Shown in pieces: positions 1-9,522 of a stretch of 24,000 nucleotides of DNA. Origin of the DNA: Promethearchaeota archaeon. Lineage in GTDB: Archaea > Asgardarchaeota > Lokiarchaeia > Sigyniarchaeales > SOKP01. The stretch lies in NCBI GenBank assembly GCA_048938445.1, contig JBHLME010000028.1, forward strand, positions 5,257 through 29,256. The letters are read 5' to 3'. The translations under genes were made by a program, and so were the position numbers. Numbering within the stretch: position 1 is the stretch's first letter; every line of letters begins with the position of its first letter. The notes under the pieces are model-generated. The model worked only from the letters and a program-made list of their open reading frames with translations. It was not told where the DNA came from and made no database searches.

Positions 1-1770
1 AGTTTTTTCTGCTAAATACTTGGCTAATTCAGCACCAAATTGAATATATAGAAAATTTTGTTTTTCAAAATTCACTTTTAACTTTATTACCTCATAAATC
101 TCCAAACATTTATTTGCTGAGAGGGCCAATTCTTTTACATTTTTTAAACTTGATTTAAATTTTTTATTAGGAAAAGGATGTTTAAAGAGATAAGTATAAA
201 ATAGTGGGGGTAACAAAACTGAAACTCTATAATATAATGAAACTGAAGAACTTAAAACGGTAAACATTTCATTAAATTTTAAAAGATATTTCTTATTGAT
301 TCCATAAAAAAGATATCCATATTGATTTTTAAACTCATTATAATTAAAATTTGGAGTTGTCCAGGTAATTGCTCCTGTTAAGATAGAACCGAAGATTTCA
401 TTTTCCCTAAATGTATAATATCTTTGATCCCCCCAAGTACTTGTTATAAGCCCCAAACAGCCATAATCTCTATAATTATATGCTTCATTTGCTAAATTGA
501 TAATATTTTCACTAGCATTTTTATTATCTGGAAAATGTCTTTGCCAATTAAGCATAGAAGGGCTAAGAATAATTCTAAAACCTGCATTTAAAAGCTTCTT
601 AATTTCTGTATATTTTCCCTTTGGATCATAATTCCAATACATTAGAATGATATTTTTATTCAATTTTAAGATGATATCATCATTAATATTCAAGAGGTCA
701 TGATATATTATTACATTTTGATTGTTATTTCTTTTAGTGATATCAATAATTTTCTCACAAAATTCAATCATAATGTTATTTACTCCTTGTTTTTTACAAT
801 ATTCTTTAGAGCGCCCTTTTCCCAGATCATATGGTTCATCACATCCAATATGAAAATATTCTGTTGAGAAAGATTTACTCAACTCAGAGATGTAATCTTC
901 AATAAAAGAATAAATTTCTGGATTAGAAAGATCAAAACAATGAGCACCTGGGAATTCTCCTAAATGCATGTATTCCTCATGCATTAGAATATTATCAGCA
1001 TGGCCTAAACATTCAAAAATTGGAACTAATTCTACATAATGTTCTCTTGCAAACTTATCAATTTGCTTAATTTGATTAATTGTCAAGCGTCCCCGCTTTT
1101 TTCCTATCTTTGGATGCTTGGGATGACTAAATACATCTTCAATATAAAAACAACAAAAATTCAATTTATAATGACTTAAGATTTTTAAAAATCTTTTAGC
1201 ACTTTTAACCGTAAAAATCTGCCCACGTGAAATATCTAATGAAACTCCTCTAATTTTTAAATCGGGAACATCTTTAATTTCTATTTCAGGGAGATATAAT
1301 TCAGATCTTTCATTAATTGGGGCTTTGATTAATTTTTTATTAGAGAGCAAAGCGTTTTTCATTAATTGAATTATTGTTTGAACGCCATAAAATAATCCTT
1401 TTTCAAACTTACCATAGATGCATATTTTGTTATTTTTTATTTCTATATTATATGCTTCTTCATTATTAATGTCTAGAATATCCCATTCTGATTTTTGCTC
1501 TAGATAATATCTATCAGAATCCTTTATTTCACCTTCCTTTAGTTTTATCGAGGTGTTACTTCGTAAAAACTTATTAATATCATTGATTAATAATTTTGGT
1601 TTTGAAATGTTAAAATGAGTTAGAATGCATTCAGAACTTAGTATATAAGCATTATTTTCTTCAAGTTTATTGATTTGTTTAGGGAAAGGTATAAGCATTA
1701 AGGGCTCGGTCAAAAAATCTGGTACCTTATGTAAATTTGTAATAAATAATGCCTTTAATGAAGACCTCAT
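1..1770 (-). CDS. Glycoside hydrolase family 20-like (beta-N-acetylhexosaminidase-like) protein, partial, runs off left edge
   Basis: Not in the ORF track. Manual reverse-strand translation from ATG at 1770 is open to base 1 (590 codons). It contains IYGKFEKGLFYGVQTIIQLM (GH20 substrate-domain pattern) and STEYFHIGCDEPYDLG, matching the GH20 HxGxDE catalytic motif. Confidence 0.8.
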   Translation of the reverse strand, partial: MRSSLKALFITNLHKVPDFLTEPLMLIPFPKQINKLEENNAYILSSECILTHFNISKPKLLINDINKFLRSNTSIKLKEGEIKDSDRYYLEQKSEWDILDINNEEAYNIEIKNNKICIYGKFEKGLFYGVQTIIQLMKNALLSNKKLIKAPINERSELYLPEIEIKDVPDLKIRGVSLDISRGQIFTVKSAKRFLKILSHYKLNFCCFYIEDVFSHPKHPKIGKKRGRLTINQIKQIDKFAREHYVELVPIFECLGHADNILMHEEYMHLGEFPGAHCFDLSNPEIYSFIEDYISELSKSFSTEYFHIGCDEPYDLGKGRSKEYCKKQGVNNIMIEFCEKIIDITKRNNNQNVIIYHDLLNINDDIILKLNKNIILMYWNYDPKGKYTEIKKLLNAGFRIILSPSMLNWQRHFPDNKNASENIINLANEAYNYRDYGCLGLITSTWGDQRYYTFRENEIFGSILTGAITWTTPNFNYNEFKNQYGYLFYGINKKYLLKFNEMFTVLSSSVSLYYRVSVLLPPLFYTYLFKHPFPNKKFKSSLKNVKELALSANKCLEIYEVIKLKVNFEKQNFLYIQFGAELAKYLAEKT

Positions 1771-1931
1771 TGGGAAATATAGATATTTTTAATATTATTT
1801 AACTTTAATTCCATACTTTTTTATAATAAATCTTTTAAAGTTTATAAATTTAAAAAAAGATTATAAAAAATCAAAATAATAATAAGTTGTATAATAAATA
1901 TTATCAAATCCATATTAGAAGTGATAATGAA

Positions 1932-3149
1932 ATGAAAATTGATTATACGTCTTATAAAGATGTAGATTTAAAAGGAAAAAAAGTGTTAATGCGTGTTGAT
2001 ATCAACTCAAACATCGATCTAGAGAACAATAAGATTAGAGATTCACCTCGAATTCGTGCACTAGTTCCAGCATTAGAAGAGTTAAAAGAGAGTGCAATTA
2101 TTATATTAGCCCATCAATCTAGACCGGGAATGGATGATTTTACAAATTTAGATATCCATGCAAAAGAAATTGAAAGTCAATTGGGACGTCCTGTTAAATT
2201 TGTCGAGGATATTTTTGGAGCAAAAGCAGTAAATGCCATTAAAAATTTAAATCCTGGGGAAATCCTTGTTTTAAACAATGTTAGAAAATATGAAGAGGAA
2301 ATGAAAAATTATAAAGAATTTTCAGATGCAGAAAATACTGAAATGATTAAAACTTTATACCCTTTAATAGATTACGCAATAGTGGATGCTTTTGGAGCAG
2401 CTCATAGAGCTCACGCATCAATTGTCGGATGGCCAAAAATGTTAGCGGGGCCTATTACAACCAAAGAATTATATGCCTTGAAAAAAATAATGGATGAACC
2501 CGACAAACCAATGGCAATGTTGATTGGAGGAGCAAAAGCAATAGATAAATTTAAGGCAATGAATTATAATTTTGAAAATGACAAGCTAGATTATGCCTTA
2601 TGTTCGGGATTGACAGCGATATTAATATTTGAAGCTTTAGGTAAAGATATGGGAAGTGTAAATCATAAAATCATAGCAGAAGATTTAGAAGCAAATAAGA
2701 GCATGATTGCTGAAACCTATAAGAAATTTAAAGATAAAATAATCCTCCCTCAAGATCTAATCATTGACGAAAATGGTAATAGAAAAACCATTACAATTGA
2801 TGAAGCAGGTACCGCCAACACCACTACAGGTGATATTGGACCAAAAACTTCTGAAAACTTTAAGGAGATAATCATGAAAAGCAAGACCATTGTTGCAAAT
2901 GGGCCACCAGGAATATTCGAGAAAGAGGTGTTTAAAAAGGCAACCTATGACATGGTAGATGCGATGGTTGAAGCCACTAAAAAAGGTGCCTTAACAATAA
3001 TTGGGGGCGGCGAAATGGGTGCAGCGGCAGAAATGTCTGGTAAAGGTGATGGTATTTCTTTCATATCTACGGCAGGTGGAGCAATGTTAGAAATACTCTC
3101 AGGGAAAGATCTTCCCATGATAAAAGCATTAAGGGAAAAGAAACTATAA
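1932..3149 (+). CDS. pgk: Phosphoglycerate kinase (archaeal type)
   Basis: Translation MKIDYTSYKDVDLKGKKVLMRVDINSNID... with IILAHQSRPG, ANGPPGIFEKE and a glycine-rich IIGGGEMGAA segment typical of PGK. The track starts at TTG 1887, but ATG 1932 fits the PGK N-terminus better. Confidence 0.95.
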   Translation: MKIDYTSYKDVDLKGKKVLMRVDINSNIDLENNKIRDSPRIRALVPALEELKESAIIILAHQSRPGMDDFTNLDIHAKEIESQLGRPVKFVEDIFGAKAVNAIKNLNPGEILVLNNVRKYEEEMKNYKEFSDAENTEMIKTLYPLIDYAIVDAFGAAHRAHASIVGWPKMLAGPITTKELYALKKIMDEPDKPMAMLIGGAKAIDKFKAMNYNFENDKLDYALCSGLTAILIFEALGKDMGSVNHKIIAEDLEANKSMIAETYKKFKDKIILPQDLIIDENGNRKTITIDEAGTANTTTGDIGPKTSENFKEIIMKSKTIVANGPPGIFEKEVFKKATYDMVDAMVEATKKGALTIIGGGEMGAAAEMSGKGDGISFISTAGGAMLEILSGKDLPMIKALREKKL

Positions 3150-3171
3150 TTTTTTTTTATATTTTTTTTTA
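3150..3171 (+). terminator. T-rich putative transcription terminator after pgk
   Basis: ttttttttatattttttttt directly after the pgk stop codon, as in archaeal intrinsic terminators. Confidence 0.45.
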
Positions 3172-3260
3172 TTAATCATTTAACCTTTAGAGAAAAATTC
3201 TTTAAGCTTATAGTTTTAGTTATATTATAAAGTCTTATAATATTAATTTATATTTAATAG

Positions 3261-3360
3261 GCGCCCGTGGTCTAGAAAATTAAGGATTTCGCTTAATTGG
3301 ATAATGGTATGACGTCCGCTTGACGTGCGGAAGGTCGGGAGTTCAATCCTCCCCGGGCGC
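3261..3360 (+). tRNA. tRNA-Val(GAC) with an approx. 29-nt D-loop intron (approx. 3276..3304)
   Basis: Acceptor GCGCCCG/CGGGCGC, T arm GGGAG-TTCAATC-CTCCC, anticodon arm TCCGC-TTGACGT-GCGGA (anticodon GAC), D stem GTC/GAC. Removing 29 nt leaves a 71-nt tRNA with D loop AGTGGTA. Confidence 0.9.
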
Positions 3361-3591
3361 ATTTTTTTTAAAGAATCTATTGTAATCTGTCTAAATCAAT
3401 ATCTTTTCCTGAAAGAATGTCATTTTAGTCATCTAATTTCTATAAAAATTTTGTTGGATTTAAAATTATATTATCTAGCTTTATCAATATTGATCTTGCT
3501 AGATTTATTAAGATCATTAAATAAAATATTAAATATAGAAAAAATCTATTAAAAAATTATTTCATAATTTATTTTAAGACGTTTTATCCAC

Positions 3592-5097
3592 ATGTCATTT
3601 TCAAAACCACTTAAAATTAGAAAGTTGCCATCTTTAAAGGAAGAAGTAAGAGTAAATATAAAAGATCTTAAGAAACTTTTATTTAACTCTGAATCCAATG
3701 AAAGTTGGAGTCTAAATAAATCAATTCTTGGATCTTATGCATATAAAATTCTTAAAGAACTGATTAAAATTCGGATTAATTATGGAATTTTGAATAATAT
3801 TAGAAAAACATTTGCCCAAATAGGAATTAAAAATATTTTAAATATACTTTTACTACAAATACACTTACTTGATGAAATGTCAAAAATCAATAGAAAATTT
3901 ATAAAGCAAGGGTGGAAACCACCTAATTTGATATATGAAAACAAAACTCCATTTTATACAATTAAAGAAGCTCAAAAAGAAGACGGAATGACGTCCTATG
4001 AGCGATTTAATACCGCAATTCAGCTAAAAGAGCCAGATAGGATTCCCATAACACCTTTAATGGACTACTACTATGCTGCAAATAATAACATGTCTGCAAA
4101 AGAATTTGTTCTCGCACCTTTTGAAAGAGTGTTTAATGCGGTAAGAAATACTTATAATCGTTTTAATGGAGTTCTGGATATGGTACATGTTCCCATGGGG
4201 CGCCTTTACGCTTTTTATAACATGCTACCATTAGCTCAGTCGGGATATTATGGGGAGCTAATTTATCCTGATGAAGTACCTAGTTCTTTACAATTTATCG
4301 AAAAAGGATACATTGACGTAAAAGATTTTAATCAAATCAAGAAAAATGGTCTAAAATCCATATGGAAACCAGTTAATCTCGAAAAAATTACCGATACTCA
4401 AGCAGATATAATAAAAATCGGTAAATTTATTAATTACTGGGAAAAGGATAAGAAAGTTCCTGTTTATGCGTCTAGTGGTATTATAACACCCTTAGAAGGG
4501 TTATGTTATTTAATGGGAATTAAAAATTGGTCAAAAGCGATAATTAAAAATAAAGAAGAAGTTAAAGAAATATGTGATTTATTTCTTAAAGGGATGATGG
4601 CAAATAATCTAATGATGTATCTATTTACTCAGGTAAAAAGAACGTATGTTTGTTTAGAGCGTGTCAGTTCTACCTTTCTTTCTCCGAAGAATTTTGAGGA
4701 ATTAGTGCTTCCTAGCTTGCTTACTATAATTAAATCGAACGTGAGGAATGGATTAACGACAGTGTTTCATATGGATACGGATTGGACACCATTTTTTCAT
4801 TATTTCCTAGAATTTCCTAAAAATGGGAAATACATTTTACATTTAGAAGATTCAGACATCTTTAAAGCTAAAGAAATGTTAGGTGATAGGTTTTGTTTGA
4901 TGGGCAATATTCAAACTAAACTCCTTCGATTTGGAACAGAAAAACAGATTGAGGATTATACAAGAAAATTAATAGAGATTTGCGGTGCAGGAGGCGGATA
5001 TTTAATGGCAGAAGGATGTGAAGTCGCTCCAGATACCCCAATGAGAAATATGAAAGTATGGATTGAAACCACTTTAAAATATGGTAAATATTCATAA
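3592..5097 (+). CDS. Uroporphyrinogen decarboxylase (URO-D) family protein, probably a methyltransferase-like paralog
   Basis: C-terminal about 370 aa: YERFNTAIQLKEPDRIPITPLMDYYYA, VFHMDTDWTPFFHYFLEF, FKAKEMLGDRFCLMGNIQ, GAGGGYLMAEGCEVAPDTPMRNMKV. The N-terminal about 120 aa have no domain I recognise. Confidence 0.75.
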   Translation: MSFSKPLKIRKLPSLKEEVRVNIKDLKKLLFNSESNESWSLNKSILGSYAYKILKELIKIRINYGILNNIRKTFAQIGIKNILNILLLQIHLLDEMSKINRKFIKQGWKPPNLIYENKTPFYTIKEAQKEDGMTSYERFNTAIQLKEPDRIPITPLMDYYYAANNNMSAKEFVLAPFERVFNAVRNTYNRFNGVLDMVHVPMGRLYAFYNMLPLAQSGYYGELIYPDEVPSSLQFIEKGYIDVKDFNQIKKNGLKSIWKPVNLEKITDTQADIIKIGKFINYWEKDKKVPVYASSGIITPLEGLCYLMGIKNWSKAIIKNKEEVKEICDLFLKGMMANNLMMYLFTQVKRTYVCLERVSSTFLSPKNFEELVLPSLLTIIKSNVRNGLTTVFHMDTDWTPFFHYFLEFPKNGKYILHLEDSDIFKAKEMLGDRFCLMGNIQTKLLRFGTEKQIEDYTRKLIEICGAGGGYLMAEGCEVAPDTPMRNMKVWIETTLKYGKYS

Positions 5098-5212
5098 TAA
5101 TATTTTGTTTTGCTTTGATTAATAAAAAAATAATTTTATAATGATCAAAAAGCTAATGGTACCAACCTAAAAAATTAAAAAAAAAAACAATATAATGTTA
5201 ATAATTCCACAC

Positions 5213-5488
5213 TCATACCTCTGATATAGTAATTAAAGATTGATTTTTAGTTAATTCATTTAACATGCTATCGATTATTGTTCCATAATCTGCTATTTCT
5301 AGCTTGATTAACCTGTTTTTAAAAGAATTATTGATAACTTTATATAAATCACCATAATTTACTGATCTTAACTCAACAAAAGCCCCTAACTCTTCTTTTA
5401 TAGATAATTTTAACAACCCCCTAGCTGCTGTAGGGCTAATACCAATTTCTTTTGCTAAGAATTCTCCCAAATATCTAATAATTTCCAT
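5213..5488 (-). CDS. Hypothetical small protein (91 aa)
   Basis: ORF with balanced composition (MEIIRYLGEFLAKEIGISPTAARGLLKLSIKEELGAF...). No recognisable family. Confidence 0.6.
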   Translation of the reverse strand: MEIIRYLGEFLAKEIGISPTAARGLLKLSIKEELGAFVELRSVNYGDLYKVINNSFKNRLIKLEIADYGTIIDSMLNELTKNQSLITISEV

Positions 5489-5808
5489 TAAAACTCCTAA
5501 TTATCAATTAAATTCTTAATTATGTAATTAGTTTAATCATTACATTCCAAATTATATTCTTGAATAGATTTGATTGGATTAATCTAAATATTGTATTTAT
5601 CCAATTTAATATACAAATTTTGTTATATAATCTTATCTTTTATCAAACATGAATGGACATAAAAATGTATAAAAAAATCACTAGCAAGACAGTAATTTTA
5701 AGGTTTTTATGATAGCGTTTGAATATAACTAATTTTATGAATTTTTTATTTAACATTAAACACCATTGTTCAATAGAAAAGTATCTTTTTATAGGGGCTA
5801 TATCTCAT

Positions 5809-6798
5809 CTATATAATTTTCAATCGTTCTAATAATCCAGTAACTAAAATTGGTAACGCAATTGTAGCATCACACCATATGCTAACGTATTTCGAATCTA
5901 AGGAATATTTTCCCCATGATTTTGATTCAGAAATAGTGCATCCTGAAAGCCCACCATCATATTCCATCGCAGTGTGGATACGGACAGAATAATTATAACC
6001 CATTGTTTCAATATTATCAATCTGTTCTAACAAAGGAAATACTTGTTGAGCCCAATTTCTTGGTACACCCCCTCCAATTATTAGTGTTCCGCATTCTTTT
6101 GTTCTTCTAATGATGTCTGCAAATCGACTGACATCGCCAAGAATATCAAATTGAAAATCATAACCTTCTCTAACCATATATTTAATGAGATTGAGTGCAA
6201 ATTCAGAATCTGAAAACGCAGGAACAAAAATAGGAATATCATTATCAGCCGCAACTGAAAGAATACATCTACTTTGAATATTTTTCCCAATCACATTCAA
6301 TAACTCTGAAGGTGTTGTAATTACTTCTTTTTTTGTATAGATTTGATGAATAATTTCTAAAAGTTTATTCTCCGCTAATTTATAGTTCTCTTCGGGAAGA
6401 AAAACATCATAAATACGATTTATTCTATTCTCAAATAAATCATCATCCGAAACTTCCGAGCTTCCTACATAATGCCCGATACCAGAAACAACATCAACTA
6501 AGTCATGTATGATGTTTGCTCCAGTAGTAACCAAAACATCGATTAATTTATTTTCCATTAAGACGCAAATTAAATCTCCCATTCCTGCAGGCACCATTGC
6601 CCCACTTAATGTCAGTACAGTTAGAATTTCTCTATTTGTTACCATTTTTTCCAGAATATCAAGACTCCTTCCTAGATTTCTTCCTTGAAAACCGCAGAAT
6701 TTTAAATTTTCCAAGAGATCACTAATTTTTTTAACCGATTTTACATCAAAAGGTGCAATTTTTTTGATTAAATAATCTTTATGTTCATTAGGAGGCAT
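5809..6798 (-). CDS. Deoxyhypusine synthase family protein with Arg at the usual catalytic Lys position
   Basis: Family motifs VLTLSGAMVPAGMG, VTTGANIIHDLVD, IIGGGVPRNWAQQ, YDGGLSGCTISESKSWGKY. Confidence 0.88.
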   Translation of the reverse strand: MPPNEHKDYLIKKIAPFDVKSVKKISDLLENLKFCGFQGRNLGRSLDILEKMVTNREILTVLTLSGAMVPAGMGDLICVLMENKLIDVLVTTGANIIHDLVDVVSGIGHYVGSSEVSDDDLFENRINRIYDVFLPEENYKLAENKLLEIIHQIYTKKEVITTPSELLNVIGKNIQSRCILSVAADNDIPIFVPAFSDSEFALNLIKYMVREGYDFQFDILGDVSRFADIIRRTKECGTLIIGGGVPRNWAQQVFPLLEQIDNIETMGYNYSVRIHTAMEYDGGLSGCTISESKSWGKYSLDSKYVSIWCDATIALPILVTGLLERLKII

Positions 6799-7150
6799 GT
6801 TATTTTCTAATTTTTTTTATTTATTATAATAATTAATCAAAAAGCTAATTAAAATTTTGCTTGCATATTCATCCTTAAAAGCTAATGAATATATTTTTTT
6901 AAACAAGTGAGATATTTTTTAATCATTTAAATACATCTTAAATTTTTACTTTTTATAAAATAAAGTCTATACAATCCATCAATTCTTTAAAAAAAAAAAT
7001 ATTAGAATTTAATCTTCTAAATTGGTTTATAAAATAAACTTTAGAATCAAGTGATTTAATAATATACTTTCGTTTTCAGAAAATTTAAAAATTAATGATA
7101 CATGTTAGAAATATAACAAATAAAATATTTTGTAATAGGGTTTTTTTAAA

Positions 7151-7699
7151 ATGTCGCTAGTTCCAAAAGCAGTATTTTTTGTAAAGGGTATTGGATACCA
7201 TAAATCTAAATTAGGTTCATTTGAACAAGCTTTGCGAGATGCTGGTATCGCACAATTTAATTTAGTTAAGGTTAGTTCGATATTACCTCCATATTGTCTT
7301 GAAATTCCGCAAGAAGATGGTTTAGCACAATTAAGAGACGGTCAAATTGTGTTTAATGTCATGAGTAGGGCTAGCAGTAATGAATTTAACCGACTTATAT
7401 CAGCGTCTATAGGGGTTGCGAAACCAGCGGATCAAAGAACTTATGGTTATTTGAGTGAACACCATGCTTTTGGGGTCACACCTGAAAGAGCTGGAGAATT
7501 TGCCGAAGATTTAGCAGCAGAATTATTGGCAACGACTTTAGGAGTTCAATTTGATCCTGAAGCTGATTATGATGAGAAAAAAGAAATTTTCAAGGTGGAT
7601 GGTAAAATTATAGAAACAAAGAACATTACAGTATCCGCTACAGTTAAAAGTGAGGGAGAATGGTTAACTGTGCTTTCAGCAGCTGTTTTCATTCTATGA
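7151..7699 (+). CDS. pdaD: Pyruvoyl-dependent arginine decarboxylase
   Basis: MSLVPKAVFFVKGIGYHKSKLGSFEQALRDAGI..FNLVKVSSILPP, including the Ser-Ser self-cleavage site; MSRASSNEFNRLISASIGVA; YGYLSEHHAFG. Confidence 0.93.
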   Translation: MSLVPKAVFFVKGIGYHKSKLGSFEQALRDAGIAQFNLVKVSSILPPYCLEIPQEDGLAQLRDGQIVFNVMSRASSNEFNRLISASIGVAKPADQRTYGYLSEHHAFGVTPERAGEFAEDLAAELLATTLGVQFDPEADYDEKKEIFKVDGKIIETKNITVSATVKSEGEWLTVLSAAVFIL

Positions 7700-7890
7700 T
7701 TATAAAATGTTATACTTTCTATAAATATTACTTTAAAGATTTATTCTTTTAAGGCAATTTAAATTTCATTTTTCATTGATGCCAATTTCTTTTTATCACG
7801 ATTCCGTGATTTAGGACGCTTTCATTAACTTTAATTTCTTAAAAAAATATTAAAAGTTAATGAGATAGTTATTTATTAAGAGAATAAAAA

Positions 7891-8370
7891 ATGCCTTTAA
7901 GAATTCGTTGGAAATCGGGAGAATATCTCCCTTTTGCATTAATGATGTTCGGAATGTGTGGTTTATTCCAATTGATTTTTATATTTATAGCTCAATATTT
8001 TTTAGATATTGGTAATTATTTTATCATTATCATCATTCCTATTGCGGTTACCGCAGCATTATATTATTCTTCAAAAATCATTTTTGAAAGTTATGCACAG
8101 ATTGAAAGAAGAAATAAATTGAAAAGCCAATTTCGAAAAGCAAAAATAAGCGAAACAAGAATTAAAAAGATACTCGAATTCCCAATTTCTAAACCTATCT
8201 TGGTTACTTTTGGAATTTTTACATTTCTGTTTATTATTGGATATATAATATGTATATTGTTTTCAGATAGCATGGTTTCCTTTTTAATAGCGGAAAATGC
8301 AGGTGCAATAGCATGTTTAGTATTTGCGGACTATTTTGAGAAAAATTATGGAAAAATTAGGAGATTCTAA
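7891..8370 (+). CDS. Hypothetical membrane protein (approx. 4 TM segments)
   Basis: 159-aa ORF with hydrophobic segments (YLPFALMMFGMCGLFQLIFIFIAQYF, NYFIIIIIPIAVTAALYYSS, PILVTFGIFTFLFIIGYIICILFS). Confidence 0.65.
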   Translation: MPLRIRWKSGEYLPFALMMFGMCGLFQLIFIFIAQYFLDIGNYFIIIIIPIAVTAALYYSSKIIFESYAQIERRNKLKSQFRKAKISETRIKKILEFPISKPILVTFGIFTFLFIIGYIICILFSDSMVSFLIAENAGAIACLVFADYFEKNYGKIRRF

Positions 8371-8757
8371 AATATTCGAATTAAAAGTGTGATAAAGCTA
8401 TAGTTCGATTAATAGCTCTTTTTGGACTTTTCAACAATATTAATTCATTTTAATACTAGGTCTTTTCTTATTGTGAAATATATTTTTTATCAAATTTACT
8501 TTAAAGTTAAATTTTTAAGGTCAAATAAAAGCTCTGCTAAAATGATTTTCATGTATTTAATATAGATTTATATTTACGATAATTGAATATTATTATGTAT
8601 CGAAAAAAAACAAATAACTTTGAATATTAAATCATCATTAAAAAATTATATAACAATATCCACATAGATATCTAAGTATAAGTTTGAAAACAGAGCAGGT
8701 GTGTTAGATTAGGAAATGGAATATTTTTTCCGAGAAATAGGGGGTTAAATATATCAT

Positions 8758-9297
8758 ATGAAGGATCTTCATTACCGATTTAAAATAATTGTAGCAGGAG
8801 ATGGTGGGGTGGGAAAGACTACTCTAATATATCGTTATGTAGATGGTACATTTAAATCCAATACTAGCATGACAATTGGTATCCAGTTTCATCAAAAATT
8901 TATAGATCTTAATGATAATACTACATGTGAATTATTGCTGTGGGATCTTGGAGGACAAGACCATTTTCGTGCTATTTTAAAGAGATTCGTTAAAGGTTCC
9001 CATGGAGCATTGTTAATGTTTGATTTATCAAGGATTATAACGTTGTTTAACCTTGATGAATGGATGGAACTTCTTAGCGACTCCGAACCAGATATTCCAA
9101 TTGTCCTCATAGGCGGGAAAGCAGATTTACTAGAAAAGGGTGTTTTCCCTTATCAAGATAAACTACTAGAATTTAAAGAAAAATATAATTTTGAAAATGT
9201 TATATTTGTATCTTCAAAGACAGGAGAGAATGTTAATGAAGTATTTGAATTTATAACTAAAGAAATTATTAAAAGTCATGATTCTAATGATAAATAG
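8758..9297 (+). CDS. Ras/Rab-like small GTPase
   Basis: G1 GDGGVGKTT, G2 Thr in SMTIGIQF, G3 WDLGGQDHFR, G4-like GGKADL, G5 SSKTGENV. 179 aa. Confidence 0.93.
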   Translation: MKDLHYRFKIIVAGDGGVGKTTLIYRYVDGTFKSNTSMTIGIQFHQKFIDLNDNTTCELLLWDLGGQDHFRAILKRFVKGSHGALLMFDLSRIITLFNLDEWMELLSDSEPDIPIVLIGGKADLLEKGVFPYQDKLLEFKEKYNFENVIFVSSKTGENVNEVFEFITKEIIKSHDSNDK

Positions 9298-9522
9298 AAA
9301 TTTAATTTTTTTGCCTTAACAAATTTAATGAAATTAAAGTTGGAATCCGATACGGCACAATGGTTTTAGAACTATAATCCTTTTTCTTTCTTTTTTTATA
9401 TAAAATATGAAAACTTTTAATAAAATAAGCAAAAAATTTAATTTAAATGAAAAAGAAGTTTTCATTATTTTATCACTGAATATATATCTAATTTAATTAT
9501 ATTATTTATAGGGTGATGAAAA

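Noticed and set aside
1363-1440. Apparent frameshift in the GH20-like gene
   Set aside because: On re-reading the reverse complement (acaaaatatgcatctatggtaag) the frame is continuous as KNNKICIYGKFEKGLFYGVQ. My first transcription was wrong.
3325-3552. 75-aa plus-strand ORF
   Set aside because: It starts inside the tRNA-Val gene and continues through AT-rich spacer, with leucine/isoleucine-rich random-like composition.
6081-6290. 69-aa plus-strand ORF
   Set aside because: Antisense shadow of the DHS-family gene.
5140-6860. Shared atcaaaaagctaat string near 5143 and 6837 as possible regulatory or mobile element ends
   Set aside because: Only 14 bp, AT-rich, no target duplication or transposase between; chance is a sufficient explanation.
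8892-9110. 72-aa minus-strand ORF
   Set aside because: Antisense shadow within the small GTPase gene.
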